Of a DNA stretch of 64,000 nucleotides, positions 1 through 10,121 are shown piece after piece (position 1 is the stretch's first letter; every line of letters starts with the position of its first letter). The notes beneath the pieces are model-generated. The model saw only the letters and a list, made by a program, of their open reading frames with translations, was not told where the DNA came from and ran no database searches. Source of the DNA: Deltaproteobacteria bacterium (GTDB lineage Bacteria > Desulfobacterota > Desulfobacteria > Desulfobacterales > UBA2156); NCBI GenBank assembly GCA_019309485.1, contig JAFDGC010000005.1, forward strand, positions 20,596 through 84,595. The letters run 5' to 3'. Made by a program: the position numbers and the translations under genes.

Positions 1-746
1 ACTCCGCTCGAAGCCTGGTTCGGCCAGAAGAGCGCAAGGGGGATATCCGGCGTTTTTTTGACGAGACGCCCATAATAATAGGTATTTACGATCCCCACGT
101 CTCCCTGGCCGGCCAGGATTGCTTCCATCGTCTTGGTATCGTTGGAAAAAGGTGCGGTCGAAAGGTTATTCACCCAGCCTTTTACAATTTCGGCGGCCTT
201 TTGTTCTCCGTGTTCCTTGATCAGCATGGCCACCAGTGACTGATTGTAGACTTTTTTGGAAGTTCTAAGGACGAGCCTCTTTTTCCATTTGGGATCCGCC
301 AGCGCTTCGTATGTCGACAGATCCTCCGGCTTGACTCTCTTCGTGCTGTAAACGATGGTCCTGGCCCTTAATGAAAGACCAAACCATTTGTTTTCGGGAT
401 CGCGCAAATGACGCGGGATATTGGCAACCAATATGTTCGAAGAAACCGGATGAAGCAGGCCTTCATTGTCCGCATGCCAGAGATTCCCGGCATCGACGGT
501 AATCAGCAGGTCCGCCGGGGTGTTATCGGCTTCCGCCTTGAGACGCTGAAGCAAAACCGGGGCTTTGTCGGTAATGTATTTGATTTGGATGCCGCTCTCC
601 TTGGTATAGCGGTTGAAAACCGGCTGAATCAGATGTTCCTTTCGGGCGGAATATACCACCAATTCCCGACTGAACGCGGTGTCCGAAAAAAACAGGAAAA
701 AAATGAGGAAAAAGAAAAAAACAGCCCTGTGAAACGGTCTTTTCAT
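1..746 (-). CDS. Periplasmic substrate-binding protein of an Fe(3+)-type ABC transporter (FbpA/AfuA-like). The C-terminal end lies outside the window.
   Basis: Manual minus-strand translation from ATG 746..744: [98 protein letters not shown]...[11 protein letters not shown]. It has a signal peptide, and GGAAAGGAG lies upstream. The frame stays open to position 1, so it is absent from the ORF track, which needs a stop. Track ORFs 408..788(+) and 523..876(-) are off-frame artefacts. Confidence 0.7.
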   Translation of the reverse strand, partial: MKRPFHRAVFFFFLIFFLFFSDTAFSRELVVYSARKEHLIQPVFNRYTKESGIQIKYITDKAPVLLQRLKAEADNTPADLLITVDAGNLWHADNEGLLHPVSSNILVANIPRHLRDPENKWFGLSLRARTIVYSTKRVKPEDLSTYEALADPKWKKRLVLRTSKKVYNQSLVAMLIKEHGEQKAAEIVKGWVNNLSTAPFSNDTKTMEAILAGQGDVGIVNTYYYGRLVKKTPDIPLALFWPNQASSG

Positions 747-989
747 TTGGTACTCCTTTCCTTGAACGGTTTAATAAAACGATTTTAGAACCGGCACGCT
801 GGCTGCCGGCTTCGCCCTTCAGGGCAGGCCCGGGCGATACCGATATCGTCGAAATTCGACATGTTTGATATAACAAACATTATTTGAAGTCAACAACTTT
901 TTTAAACTCATGGATAATTTTTGACATATCCAGTTTTCTGTGAGAAACTGACTCCAGACGAAAATCAGGAAAGGAAAAAGGGCGGGAAA

Positions 990-1502
990 ATGGAAAGGCT
1001 GTCAGAAAGTCTGGAGGATTATCTGGAAACCATATTGATTTTACAGAATAAAAACACCGTTGCACGGGTGAAAGAGATCGCCGAAAGGCTGGGTGTACTC
1101 AGCGGCACCGTCACTTCGGCGTTGCGGACGCTTTCTGAAAAAAAACTGATCCACTACAAGCCGTATGGTTTTATCACCCTGACCTCCCGTGGAAAGACAA
1201 TCGCCAAAGAAGTTTTACGCCGACATACGATCCTTAAAAACTTTTTACAATCCGTGCTGTTGCTGGACGCACCCACCGCCGAGGAAAACGCCTGCCGGGT
1301 AGAACATGCAATGGATTCAATCGCCATCCATCGTTTGGTTCAATTCATTGAATATATCGATCAATGCCCGCGCGCCGGAAAAGATTGGATCGATAATTTT
1401 CATACATTTTTCACCCGGAATAAAATCGCTGAAGCAAATTGCCCTGAATGCCTTGATGCCTGCGTCAGGCGGTTCCAGGCGGCTTCAAAAAGGCAGACAT
1501 AG
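990..1502 (+). CDS. DtxR/MntR-family metal-dependent transcriptional repressor with a Cys-rich C-terminal tail
   Basis: MERLSESLEDYLETILIL...ARVKEIAERLGVLSGTVTSALRTLSEKKLI is a typical DtxR HTH. I chose ATG at 990, preceded by a purine-rich SD, rather than the TTG at 921 in track ORF 921..1502. The gene is divergent from the Fe-binding protein gene. Confidence 0.8.
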   Translation: MERLSESLEDYLETILILQNKNTVARVKEIAERLGVLSGTVTSALRTLSEKKLIHYKPYGFITLTSRGKTIAKEVLRRHTILKNFLQSVLLLDAPTAEENACRVEHAMDSIAIHRLVQFIEYIDQCPRAGKDWIDNFHTFFTRNKIAEANCPECLDACVRRFQAASKRQT

Positions 1503-1584
1503 GCACAATTGCCGGGCGGTTTTTTTCTTCTCGAAACTTCGGATGTCCGGTGCGGACAGCTTTTTCCACAAAGGCCATTTTGCG

Positions 1585-4500
1585 TCAGGCGGAGTGCCGT
1601 TCAAAGGGCTTCCAGTAGAACGCCCGGATTTTGAAGACAATCTCCGCCGTGCGTGTTTTCAGGGAGGCGAACAACGCATACAGCACAGGGACGACCACGA
1701 GGGTGAGGACCGTGGCGATCCCAAGACCGAAAATCACCACGATGGCCATGGACCGCCACCACTGGGTCGATTCGCTGACATAGGTCATACTGAAGGTGTG
1801 AAAGTCAAAGGAGACTCCGGTCACCATGGGCAACAGCCCGAGGATGGTGGTGACGGCGGTCAGGAGTACCGGTCGCAGGCGGGTGGCGCCGGCGGCAACC
1901 ACCGCATCCTTCAACGCCATGCCCCGCTCCCTGAGCTTGTTGGTGTAGTCGATGAGGACGATGGCATTGTTCACCACCACGCCGGCCAGGGAAATCACAC
2001 CCACCCCCGACATGATGATTCCAAAGGGCAATTCCAAAAAGGTCAGGCCCAAAAAGGCTCCGCCCACGGAAAGGACCACGGAGGTCAGGATGATGGCCGG
2101 CTGGATCACGGAGTTAAACAGGGTCACCAGGATTAAAAAGATCAAAAACACCGCCACGATAAAGGTTTTGGATAAAAAGGCCTCGGCTTCTTTTTGAAAC
2201 TCGAATTCCCCGGTGAATTCGAGCGTATATCCCGCCGGCAGGGGAAATTTTTCCAACAACGCTTCCGCCTGCTGCCGGGCCACGGGTCCGGGAATGCGGG
2301 TGGTGTCCACGTCCGCTTTCACCGTGACGACCCGGTCGTGGTCGATCCGCGTGATATCCCCGATGCTCCCCGACACATCGATTTGGGCCAGCGTCGTCAG
2401 GGGAACCAGCTGCCCCGACGGCGTGGGCACCATCAGTTTGAAAAGGACATCCAAGACCGTCCGGTTTTTCCGGTCCAGGATCACGGAGATGTCGTAGTCT
2501 TCATCCTTTTCCCGGAAGGTGGAGACGGTCAGGCCGTTGTAGGCTGTCTTGAGGGCAAACCCGAGCGTTTCTGTGGTCAACCCGAAAAGGGCCGCCTTCT
2601 GCTTGTCGATCCGGACCCGGACCGTGGGAATCCCTTCCGTGAAATCGTCCCGCACGTCTTTTACATGGGGAATCTGGGAAACAACGGTTCGCACCTTCTT
2701 GGCCAAATCCCCCAGGACCCGGAAGTCATCCCCCGCGACCTCGATATTGATGGGGGCGCCGGTGGAAGGGCCTTCTTCCGCCTTGGCCACGGTAATCTTG
2801 GCCCCCGGAATCCCCTGGACGCGCTTTCGGATCTCTTCAACGCTTTCGCTGGTGGGTGTGTTTCGATCCTTGAAATCCAAAAACTGCACCCCGATATGAT
2901 TGGGGAGATTGGGGCTGAAGGCGGCGCCGGCCTCGGCCACTTCCACCGCACGGGCATATACATGGTCCACGTTTTCCAGATCCCCGGGACCGAAAAAGAC
3001 CCGGCCGTCGGCCCTGTGGTGCTCCCTTGGCGCATAGGCGTTTTTGTAAGCCTCCGGAGAAGGCGGTGAAAACGACGTCTTATTTGAATCCCACGCCCCG
3101 ATCACGGCCATCTCCGCCTGCTTGACGATCCGGTCGATGTATTCCAGGTCCGCCCCCTCGGGGGGATCGATATTCACATAAACGCTCTTGGGATCCACGT
3201 CCGGGAAAAATTCCACGGGCTTTTCCAGACCCACCGTTAAAAGCCAGACCTGAAAAAACAGGATCAAAACCGCAAACGAAATCAAGGCCACGCTGAATTG
3301 ATGATTCAACGCCCCTTTCAAGAGACGGGAATACCCGTTGAGTATCCGGCCTCGAATGGCCACCGGCGCTTCCCCCGACGCAAGGACACGGTCGGCATCC
3401 GCGGCGCCTTGCGAGGATTTTCCTTTCACCCGGATGAAGATGGACGTCAGCGCCGGGTTGATCACCAGTGCCACGAAAAGGCTCGAAGAAAGGGTGACCA
3501 CCAGGGTGATGGGAAGATATTTCATAAATTCCCCCATGATTCCGGGCCAAAAAATCAGGGGAAAAAAGGCCGCCAGGGTGGTCAGCGTGGAACCGATGAC
3601 CGGATAGGCCACTTCACCGGTGGCGCGCATGGCCGCTTCGATTCGGGGAACCCCTTGTTCCATATACCTGTAGATATTTTCGATGATGACAATGGCGTTG
3701 TCCACCAGCATTCCAAGCGCAAGGGTCAACGAGAAAAGCACCACCATATTCAAGGTAATCCCCAAGGCGTACAGGATGATGAAGGAAAGGAGCATGGAAA
3801 AGGGGATGGCCAGACTCACCAACACGGCGTTTCGGAATCCCAGGGCCAAAAACAGGACGGCAATGACCAGGATCAACCCGGACAGGATGTTGTTCTCCAG
3901 GTCCGCCACCATCAGCCGGATGTCCTTGGCCTGGTCCATGAGTTTGGTGATTCGGGTCCCTTCGGGCCACATGCGCTGCTGCTTTTGGATGAGGGCTTCG
4001 ATCTGATCCGTAATGGCGATGATGTTTTCGCCCACCCGCTTTTTCACCGTGATGCTGACCGCTTCGACACCGTCGAGCCGGGACCGGCTGTTTTCATCCT
4101 TGAATCCGTCCCGGACCCGGGCCAGATCTTTGAGGTATACGGGCCGCCCGTCCGGGGCGTTGATAACCAGCCCCAGGATTTCTTCCGGCTGGGTGAACTC
4201 CCCGGGAACCCGCAACTGGTAGCGGCCGTCTCCCAGAGTGATGGCGCCCCCGGAGGTATTCTGGTTTTCCCGGGGAACCACGCTCTGGAACGCGGTGATG
4301 GGAATGCGGTAGTAGGCCAGCCGGTCCGGGTCCACCTCGATTTTGATCTCCCGTTCCCGCCCCCCTGTGACTTCGGCTTCCAAAACCCCGGGGATCGATT
4401 CGATATCGTCTTCCAGGTCGTCGGCGATTTTTTTCAGGCACGTCAGACCGCACGTACCCGAAAGGGAATACACGATGATGGGCATTTCAGAGAAATTGAC

Positions 4501-4893
4501 CTCGAAGACGGCGGGGTCGTCTTCCAGGTCCGTGGGCAGATCCCGCTTGGCTTCGTCCACTTTGTCTTTGACTTTTTGGAGGACTTCGTCGATGTCGGTT
4601 CCGGGGATGAATTCCACGTTGATCATGGAGCGGCCTTCGGCGCTGATGGAATGAATCTTTTTCACCCGGTCGAGGCCCTTGAGCTTCTTTTCAATGGGAA
4701 TGGTGATGGACGTTTCGATATCCGAAGACGAAACCCCCTTGTAGTCGGTGGAGACGAAGACGTTGGGGATGGTGATATCCGGGGTGGCCTCCCGGGGGAG
4801 TTCGAAATAGCAATACACCCCGAAGACCAGAAGGATCACCGACAAAACCACCACGCTGATCCGGTTCTTGACGGCGGTATCCGATACGATCAC
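1585..4893 (-). CDS. RND efflux transporter, inner-membrane permease (AcrB/HAE1-like)
   Basis: 1102 aa with 12-TM RND architecture (NAIVIIENI, VDNAIVLIDY motifs). The start overlaps the stop of the upstream adaptor gene (ATGA). Confidence 0.9.
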   Translation of the reverse strand: MIVSDTAVKNRISVVVLSVILLVFGVYCYFELPREATPDITIPNVFVSTDYKGVSSSDIETSITIPIEKKLKGLDRVKKIHSISAEGRSMINVEFIPGTDIDEVLQKVKDKVDEAKRDLPTDLEDDPAVFEVNFSEMPIIVYSLSGTCGLTCLKKIADDLEDDIESIPGVLEAEVTGGREREIKIEVDPDRLAYYRIPITAFQSVVPRENQNTSGGAITLGDGRYQLRVPGEFTQPEEILGLVINAPDGRPVYLKDLARVRDGFKDENSRSRLDGVEAVSITVKKRVGENIIAITDQIEALIQKQQRMWPEGTRITKLMDQAKDIRLMVADLENNILSGLILVIAVLFLALGFRNAVLVSLAIPFSMLLSFIILYALGITLNMVVLFSLTLALGMLVDNAIVIIENIYRYMEQGVPRIEAAMRATGEVAYPVIGSTLTTLAAFFPLIFWPGIMGEFMKYLPITLVVTLSSSLFVALVINPALTSIFIRVKGKSSQGAADADRVLASGEAPVAIRGRILNGYSRLLKGALNHQFSVALISFAVLILFFQVWLLTVGLEKPVEFFPDVDPKSVYVNIDPPEGADLEYIDRIVKQAEMAVIGAWDSNKTSFSPPSPEAYKNAYAPREHHRADGRVFFGPGDLENVDHVYARAVEVAEAGAAFSPNLPNHIGVQFLDFKDRNTPTSESVEEIRKRVQGIPGAKITVAKAEEGPSTGAPINIEVAGDDFRVLGDLAKKVRTVVSQIPHVKDVRDDFTEGIPTVRVRIDKQKAALFGLTTETLGFALKTAYNGLTVSTFREKDEDYDISVILDRKNRTVLDVLFKLMVPTPSGQLVPLTTLAQIDVSGSIGDITRIDHDRVVTVKADVDTTRIPGPVARQQAEALLEKFPLPAGYTLEFTGEFEFQKEAEAFLSKTFIVAVFLIFLILVTLFNSVIQPAIILTSVVLSVGGAFLGLTFLELPFGIIMSGVGVISLAGVVVNNAIVLIDYTNKLRERGMALKDAVVAAGATRLRPVLLTAVTTILGLLPMVTGVSFDFHTFSMTYVSESTQWWRSMAIVVIFGLGIATVLTLVVVPVLYALFASLKTRTAEIVFKIRAFYWKPFERHSA

Positions 4894-6047
4894 GACGACA
4901 GGTCCTCGATGCGTTCCACGGTTTTCACCACGGTCACCCGTTGCCCCGGGTTCACGTCCCGGTGCCCCACGACGATCACCCGATCCCCCGGTTCCAGACC
5001 CGATTTGACCTGGATCTTCCAGCCCTCCATGAAGCCGAGTACTACATTACGGGCATGGACCTGGTCGTCGTTAACCACGTACACCACGTTTTCTTCGTTC
5101 CGGTTGATGACCGCATACAGGGGTACCGAAACGGCGTTAGGAACCTCCTTTCGGATGATCTCCACCTTGGCGAACATATCCGGGAAGATTTCGTAAGCGG
5201 GGTTGTCCAGGATCAGGTTCAGGTTATACAATCGCGCCATGGGATCCGCCGTCTTGGATAAGAAATCTTTTCTCGCCGTAAATGTCTTCCCGCCCAATGC
5301 ATCGATGATCACGGTAAAGGTGTCCCGTTGCCCCACGGCCTCCACGTCCGATTCCGGGATCCCCACCTGGATCTTTATGGGGTCGATCTGAATGATCTCG
5401 GCCACCGGATCTCCTACCCCCACGAAATCCCCTTCTTCCACATAAATTCGGTTCACCACCCCGGAAAAGGGGGCGCTCAGGGTGCACCGCTGGAACGCCA
5501 GGGCCGCGTTGTCGCGGTTGGCCTTCAGGCTTTGAACCCGGGCGGCGGCATCGTCGAGTTGCGCTTTGGCAACGGCCTTTTGTTGAAAAAGGGATTCGAT
5601 CCGTTTCAGGTCGGCCTGGGCTACCGCGTAGGAAGCCTCGGCCGCAGACAGAGCGTTTTCGTAGTCCCGGGCATCGAGGGCGGCGATCCTGTCTCCCTTC
5701 TTGATGTCAGACCCTTCCTCCACGGCTTTCCGGACCACTTTTCCTTTCACTTCGGCAAGGAGCCTTACCTGCTTGGAGGCTGTCGTGACCCCCGGAAACC
5801 AGATGCGGTCTCGAATCGGTTTCGAGACGATCTTTAATGCCACCACATGGGCTCGGGCTTCTTCCCGTTGAAGCTCGGAAACGGCCTTTTCCTTCAGGTG
5901 CGCCTGCTCGGCCTCGATTCTTGAAAAAAGAACCCAGATACCGAAAACCATCAGCACCAGGACCGCAAACGGGAGCAACCCCCAGATCCGCTTCAGCCAT
6001 CGGGTTGCCTTCTTTTTATCCGGTGTTGTCTTTGACGTGTTTTCCAT
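4890..6047 (-). CDS. RND efflux periplasmic adaptor subunit (MFP/HlyD family)
   Basis: 385 aa with an N-terminal TM anchor, a coiled-coil region (AQADLKRIESLFQQKAVAKAQLDDAAARVQSL) and a beta-barrel C-terminus. It is translationally coupled to the RND permease. Confidence 0.85.
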   Translation of the reverse strand: MENTSKTTPDKKKATRWLKRIWGLLPFAVLVLMVFGIWVLFSRIEAEQAHLKEKAVSELQREEARAHVVALKIVSKPIRDRIWFPGVTTASKQVRLLAEVKGKVVRKAVEEGSDIKKGDRIAALDARDYENALSAAEASYAVAQADLKRIESLFQQKAVAKAQLDDAAARVQSLKANRDNAALAFQRCTLSAPFSGVVNRIYVEEGDFVGVGDPVAEIIQIDPIKIQVGIPESDVEAVGQRDTFTVIIDALGGKTFTARKDFLSKTADPMARLYNLNLILDNPAYEIFPDMFAKVEIIRKEVPNAVSVPLYAVINRNEENVVYVVNDDQVHARNVVLGFMEGWKIQVKSGLEPGDRVIVVGHRDVNPGQRVTVVKTVERIEDLSS

Positions 6048-6095
6048 GATGTTCCTGCACCTTATCTATATATGAATGGACGCCTTTTCCCGTGG

Positions 6096-6779
6096 TCATC
6101 CCGCGGAGGGACCCGAAATGGAATGGATGAGGGTATTGATGTAAAACGCCACATGATCCTCGAGATCGAAATCCCTTTTTGTCACGACGGCATGGAGCAG
6201 GATCCCGTCCAGATAACCGAGCAGGTTCACGGCGATCTTTCCCACATGCCGGGCAGTTTCCGGGGTGAACATGCCCTTGGAGATGCCGTCAAGAAGGATC
6301 TGTTCCACCATCTTCTGGCTGCCAGCCATCATTTCCCGTATTTCATGGGGTCGGTGAAAGAGGACGCCGCCTTCAAGGATCCCCTGTTGAATGACCTCCA
6401 CGGACATCCGGGCATCCATGGGATCCAGCGGGTCCACCAGTTCGACGAACGCCAGGGCCAGGGCCGCCAATTTTTGGGCCGGATCGTCGATCCCCTCCAG
6501 CCGGGAGAAAAAACGGGTTTCAAATTGATCCAGCCAACATTTGACGGCGGCCAGAAAGATATCGGCTTTGGTCCGGAAGTATTCGTACAGGGTGCCTTTC
6601 CCCACTCTCGCGACCGCGGCGATTTCACGGACGCTGGTGGCGGCGTACCCTTTCTTGGAAAAGGCATTCAGGGCCGCCTGGGCGATCTGTTCTCTTTTGG
6701 CGTTTCTGTCCACCACCACCGGGCACATGCGCCGACTCCTTTGGCTTTTTCGAAGGCACGCCGGTTGTTTTTTCGCCAT
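6096..6779 (-). CDS. TetR/AcrR-family transcriptional regulator (first gene of the efflux operon)
   Basis: N-terminal HTH AALNAFSKKGYAATSVREIAAVARVGKGTLYEYF. The start is uncertain; the alternative is Met18 at 6728. Confidence 0.85.
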   Translation of the reverse strand: MAKKQPACLRKSQRSRRMCPVVVDRNAKREQIAQAALNAFSKKGYAATSVREIAAVARVGKGTLYEYFRTKADIFLAAVKCWLDQFETRFFSRLEGIDDPAQKLAALALAFVELVDPLDPMDARMSVEVIQQGILEGGVLFHRPHEIREMMAGSQKMVEQILLDGISKGMFTPETARHVGKIAVNLLGYLDGILLHAVVTKRDFDLEDHVAFYINTLIHSISGPSAG

Positions 6780-6868
6780 CCGAATCCGGCATCTTGTCTT
6801 CGAAACTGTTTTCCGACCGATCGGTACTTATAATGCCTTCTTTCATGCTTGTCAACAGTAAGACCCAA

Positions 6869-6890
6869 ATTTAATTAAAATTTAATTAAA
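6869..6890. repeat. Tandem 11-mer ATTTAATTAAA x2 inside an AT-rich intergenic block
   Basis: Read directly: aaATTTAATTAAAATTTAATTAAAtaat. It lies between the tetR operon and the divergent GH13 gene. Confidence 0.6.
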
Positions 6891-7107
6891 TAATATAGTT
6901 ATAAAAATACATAATTATTTTAGAACAACATCATTGACCAATCGGTCGGTCATAGTCCGCGGATTGCGCTTTTTCAAACGGGTGACCAGGGTTTCCTTTT
7001 GACCGGAACCTTTTGACAGGAAAGCAGCCTTTTTTTACAATCCCCCCGATCATCGGAACCACCGGGATATTCTTTAAACGTGTTTTGACCCTTCCGGGAC
7101 TCAACGG

Positions 7108-9039
7108 ATGAAAACACCCCTTTTAAAACTTTATCCGCGAAAGGCCGTGGATGCCTTCGCGGAAGATCTCGAAAATTTCGCGGCGCGTCTTTCCGGATTC
7201 CGTTCGGATGAACGGCCCCAAAAAACAGCTGCACCCGAATCCAAGGACCGGATCATCCATGATGCGGCTCTGATTTGTTACGCCGACACCGTCGTGGATC
7301 GCACCTCCGGCAAAAAGCCGCTTGTCCTTCTGAGGGATTTTTTACATCGATACCGGATACCGGATCGGCTCAATATCCTGCACATCCTCCCCTTTTTTCC
7401 CTGGGACACGGACCGGGGGTTTTCCGTGACGGATTATTACCGGGTCCACCCGGATTACGGATCCTGGACGGACCTTGCCAATCTACGTCCATACGTATCC
7501 TTGATGTTCGATTTTGTGATCAACCATGCCTCCATTCAAAATCCGCTGGTACAGTCCGCCCTGATCGAAAGGCACCTCGCACCGGATGATCCGCGCTATG
7601 CCCGGTTTGCACCCTTCAAGGACTTCGTCATCGCTTTTTCCAACGAAGAAAAACCTTCGGCCGAAACCCTTAAAAGGCTTGTCCGGCCCCGGGCGACGCC
7701 GGTTTTGACCCCATACGCCGTATTCGAAAAAAGGGACGGATCCCTTTTTGCAACGCTGGGCTTTTCTGAAAAAACACTTCCCGGAAAAGACGCCGGACGA
7801 CGCGGTACAGGATGGGTCTGGACCACCTTTTCCCGCCCTCCCCATCCGGACGGATCCATGGCCACCCGGCAGGTGGATCTCAACTTCAGGAATCCCGCTG
7901 TCCTTTTCGAGGCCATCAAAATCCTCTTCCATTACGTGGGCAAGGGAGCCTCCCTTATCCGCCTGGATGCCGTGGCCTATATCTGGAAAAATATCGCCTC
8001 CACGTCCATCCACGAATCCGAGACCCATATCCTCATCCGGATCCTCCGGGGGATTTTAAAGCGCGTCTTTCCGGAAACGCGCCTAGTGGCGGAGGTAAAC
8101 GAACCCCAGGACCAAATCCTTCCGTACCTGGGCACAAAAGCGCGCCGGGAATGCGACCTGGTGTACCAGTTTTCCCATTTTCCCCTGGCCCTGTATGGCG
8201 TGCTGACCGGCAATGGACGCCCCTATATCCGCTGGTTGAAGTCCCTGGGACCCTTTGGGGGCCGCCAATTCATCACCATTTTAGGAAGCCACGACGGTAT
8301 GGGGCTCAAACCGGCGCACGGATGGCTCACCCCGGATCAGGTCGATGCCCTCGTGGATATTCTCGTGCGCGAACACGGGGCACTCCCCAATTATGCCGAG
8401 CTGCCCGGGGGGAAAAAGATCGTCTATGAAGTCTGCGCCACCCCGTGGAATCTCATCAACAACCCAAAGAACAACGATTCGGAAACGCTTTGCCGTTCCC
8501 GGTATCTTGCCGTGGTGGCGCTGGGTTTCCTTGTGCGGGGGGTTCCGGCATTTTACCTCAACGGATTGATCGGCGCCGAAAACGCCCCGGTCGACACCCT
8601 GGATGAAAACCGCTCCATCAACCGCCAGCGCTTCGATGCGGGATGGCTTTTTGAACAACTGGACGGCGGATCCAGGCGGATGAAAGACGTTATGGAAGGG
8701 ATTTTGAATCTATTGGAAATCCGACGGAAAGAACCGGCCTTCGATCCCCGGGCGCCTGCGGCGGAACCGGTTTCTATAACAAATCCGAGGGTGGTCTGTT
8801 CCTGGATGTATACGCGGTCGAAACGAAGCGGTATCCTGGCCTGCATCAGCGTCTCCAAAAGCATCGAGTCGGTGCGGCTGCCGCCGGAGGCCGTTGCCGC
8901 CGGGATCCTTTGGAAAGATCTTCTGGGCGGCAAGACGTTTTCCGTGAATGCAAAGGGGAGACTCTTGTTGGAACTGGACCCCTACCAGACCCTGTGGCTC
9001 AAACCCCTTCGAATGCGGACACAAAAATCTCTTCCGTAA
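7108..9039 (+). CDS. GH13 sucrose-phosphorylase-like sugar phosphorylase (GH13_18-type)
   Basis: HILPFFPWDTDRGFSVTDYYRVHPDYGSW, FDFVINHAS, IRLDAVAYIWK and ILGSHDGMG resemble the sucrose/glucosylglycerate phosphorylase conserved regions. At 643 aa it is longer than the typical family members I recall. Confidence 0.65.
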   Translation: MKTPLLKLYPRKAVDAFAEDLENFAARLSGFRSDERPQKTAAPESKDRIIHDAALICYADTVVDRTSGKKPLVLLRDFLHRYRIPDRLNILHILPFFPWDTDRGFSVTDYYRVHPDYGSWTDLANLRPYVSLMFDFVINHASIQNPLVQSALIERHLAPDDPRYARFAPFKDFVIAFSNEEKPSAETLKRLVRPRATPVLTPYAVFEKRDGSLFATLGFSEKTLPGKDAGRRGTGWVWTTFSRPPHPDGSMATRQVDLNFRNPAVLFEAIKILFHYVGKGASLIRLDAVAYIWKNIASTSIHESETHILIRILRGILKRVFPETRLVAEVNEPQDQILPYLGTKARRECDLVYQFSHFPLALYGVLTGNGRPYIRWLKSLGPFGGRQFITILGSHDGMGLKPAHGWLTPDQVDALVDILVREHGALPNYAELPGGKKIVYEVCATPWNLINNPKNNDSETLCRSRYLAVVALGFLVRGVPAFYLNGLIGAENAPVDTLDENRSINRQRFDAGWLFEQLDGGSRRMKDVMEGILNLLEIRRKEPAFDPRAPAAEPVSITNPRVVCSWMYTRSKRSGILACISVSKSIESVRLPPEAVAAGILWKDLLGGKTFSVNAKGRLLLELDPYQTLWLKPLRMRTQKSLP

Positions 9040-9048
9040 AACACGGGA

Positions 9049-10038
9049 TCAAATCAGGAGGGGCTGAATTTTTTCCGGGGGAACCGGGACCGCCCGGAGG
9101 GTAAATTCTTTTTCGGGTGTGGCGACCCAAACGGCCACCTCGGGAGGGTTGCCTTTGCAGTACCCCGCACAAACGTCGGCGGCGTTTAACACCGCCTCCT
9201 CGGAGCCGCCGTGGGGGATCAGGACGATGGGTCCGGGAAGGCCCGGCTTTAAAAGAATATCGCTTTCAGGGGCGTAGTAATCAAGGATTCGTTCATTGTC
9301 TTTCCGGGTGCGGCCCACGATGATCTTCGTCCGGGGATCCAGCCGGATATGCCGCCCGTACGTTAACAGATGAAACTCCCGGATTTCGTGAATGTTCTGA
9401 TGCTCGAACAAGTCCTTCAGGCGTCGGGAGTATCCCACATCGGTGAGAAGGCACCCGCCGGCGGGTGCCGGGTATTCTGAGATGCCAAAATGTGCGGCCA
9501 GTTCCATTTGCCGCTTCCGGGATCGCCCGGATATATCCAGAAGCCGTGACCGATCCACCCGTCCCTCTTTTTCAGGCACGGTTTCCGGAAGCTTCTGGGC
9601 GCTCAACGGCCGGAGGATGAAGCCGTCGAACCCGGAATGCTTTTCCACGTATCGAAGGGAGGGTTTGGACTGGGACATGGGCCGTTGCCCGAGGACTTCG
9701 CCGGAAAATAAAAAATCAAACCCGTCCATTTTCATCTTCCGGCCCGCAATCCGAAACATCATGGCATGGCAGTCCAGGCAGGGATTCATGTACCGGCCGT
9801 ATCCGCACGGGGGGTTTTTGAGCATCTCCATGTATTCTTTCGTGATATCCTGGATCGTCAGAGGAATTCCCGTGATACGGGACGCTTTTTCGGCCTTGGC
9901 GGCGGAAAAAAAGGGGGTGACGAAGGTGATCCATTCCACGTGGATCCCCTGGCGTTTCAACACCATGCCCGAAAGCATACTGTCCAGCCCGCCCGAACAA
10001 ATCCCCAGGGCACGGACGTTTTTTCTGGGTTTTTCCAT
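9049..10038 (-). CDS. PP-loop ATP pyrophosphatase, ThiI-like (tRNA sulfurtransferase-related), stand-alone domain
   Basis: PP-loop motif LGICSGGLDS, plus CLDCHAMMF and SGEVLGQRPMSQ...ILRPL, which resemble the ThiI catalytic domain. Confidence 0.5.
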   Translation of the reverse strand: MEKPRKNVRALGICSGGLDSMLSGMVLKRQGIHVEWITFVTPFFSAAKAEKASRITGIPLTIQDITKEYMEMLKNPPCGYGRYMNPCLDCHAMMFRIAGRKMKMDGFDFLFSGEVLGQRPMSQSKPSLRYVEKHSGFDGFILRPLSAQKLPETVPEKEGRVDRSRLLDISGRSRKRQMELAAHFGISEYPAPAGGCLLTDVGYSRRLKDLFEHQNIHEIREFHLLTYGRHIRLDPRTKIIVGRTRKDNERILDYYAPESDILLKPGLPGPIVLIPHGGSEEAVLNAADVCAGYCKGNPPEVAVWVATPEKEFTLRAVPVPPEKIQPLLI

Positions 10039-10121
10039 GAAATCGGTTTTCCCGGTTGACGCTTTTCCGGCGACCCGTTACAAAGGGTCGTTTTCAAACG
10101 TTTAAACAATGAAAGCCGAAT

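Noticed and set aside
408-876. Track ORFs 408..788(+) and 523..876(-) at the window start
   Set aside because: Both are off-frame relative to the minus-strand FbpA-like gene (ATG 746), whose translation is clean and motif-bearing all the way to position 1.
3298-5196. Long antisense ORFs opposite real genes. Examples: 3298..5196(+) 632 aa; 13654..14784(-) 376 aa; 24587..25918(+) 443 aa; 46676..48073(+) 465 aa; 41020..42132(+) 370 aa; 38711..39676(+) 321 aa; 54057..54962(+) 301 aa; 19971..20819(-) 282 aa.
   Set aside because: Each overlaps a gene with clear family motifs on the other strand. Their translations are Arg/Gly/Pro/His/Asp-rich low-complexity strings without motifs. This is typical of stop-poor antisense frames in GC-rich DNA.
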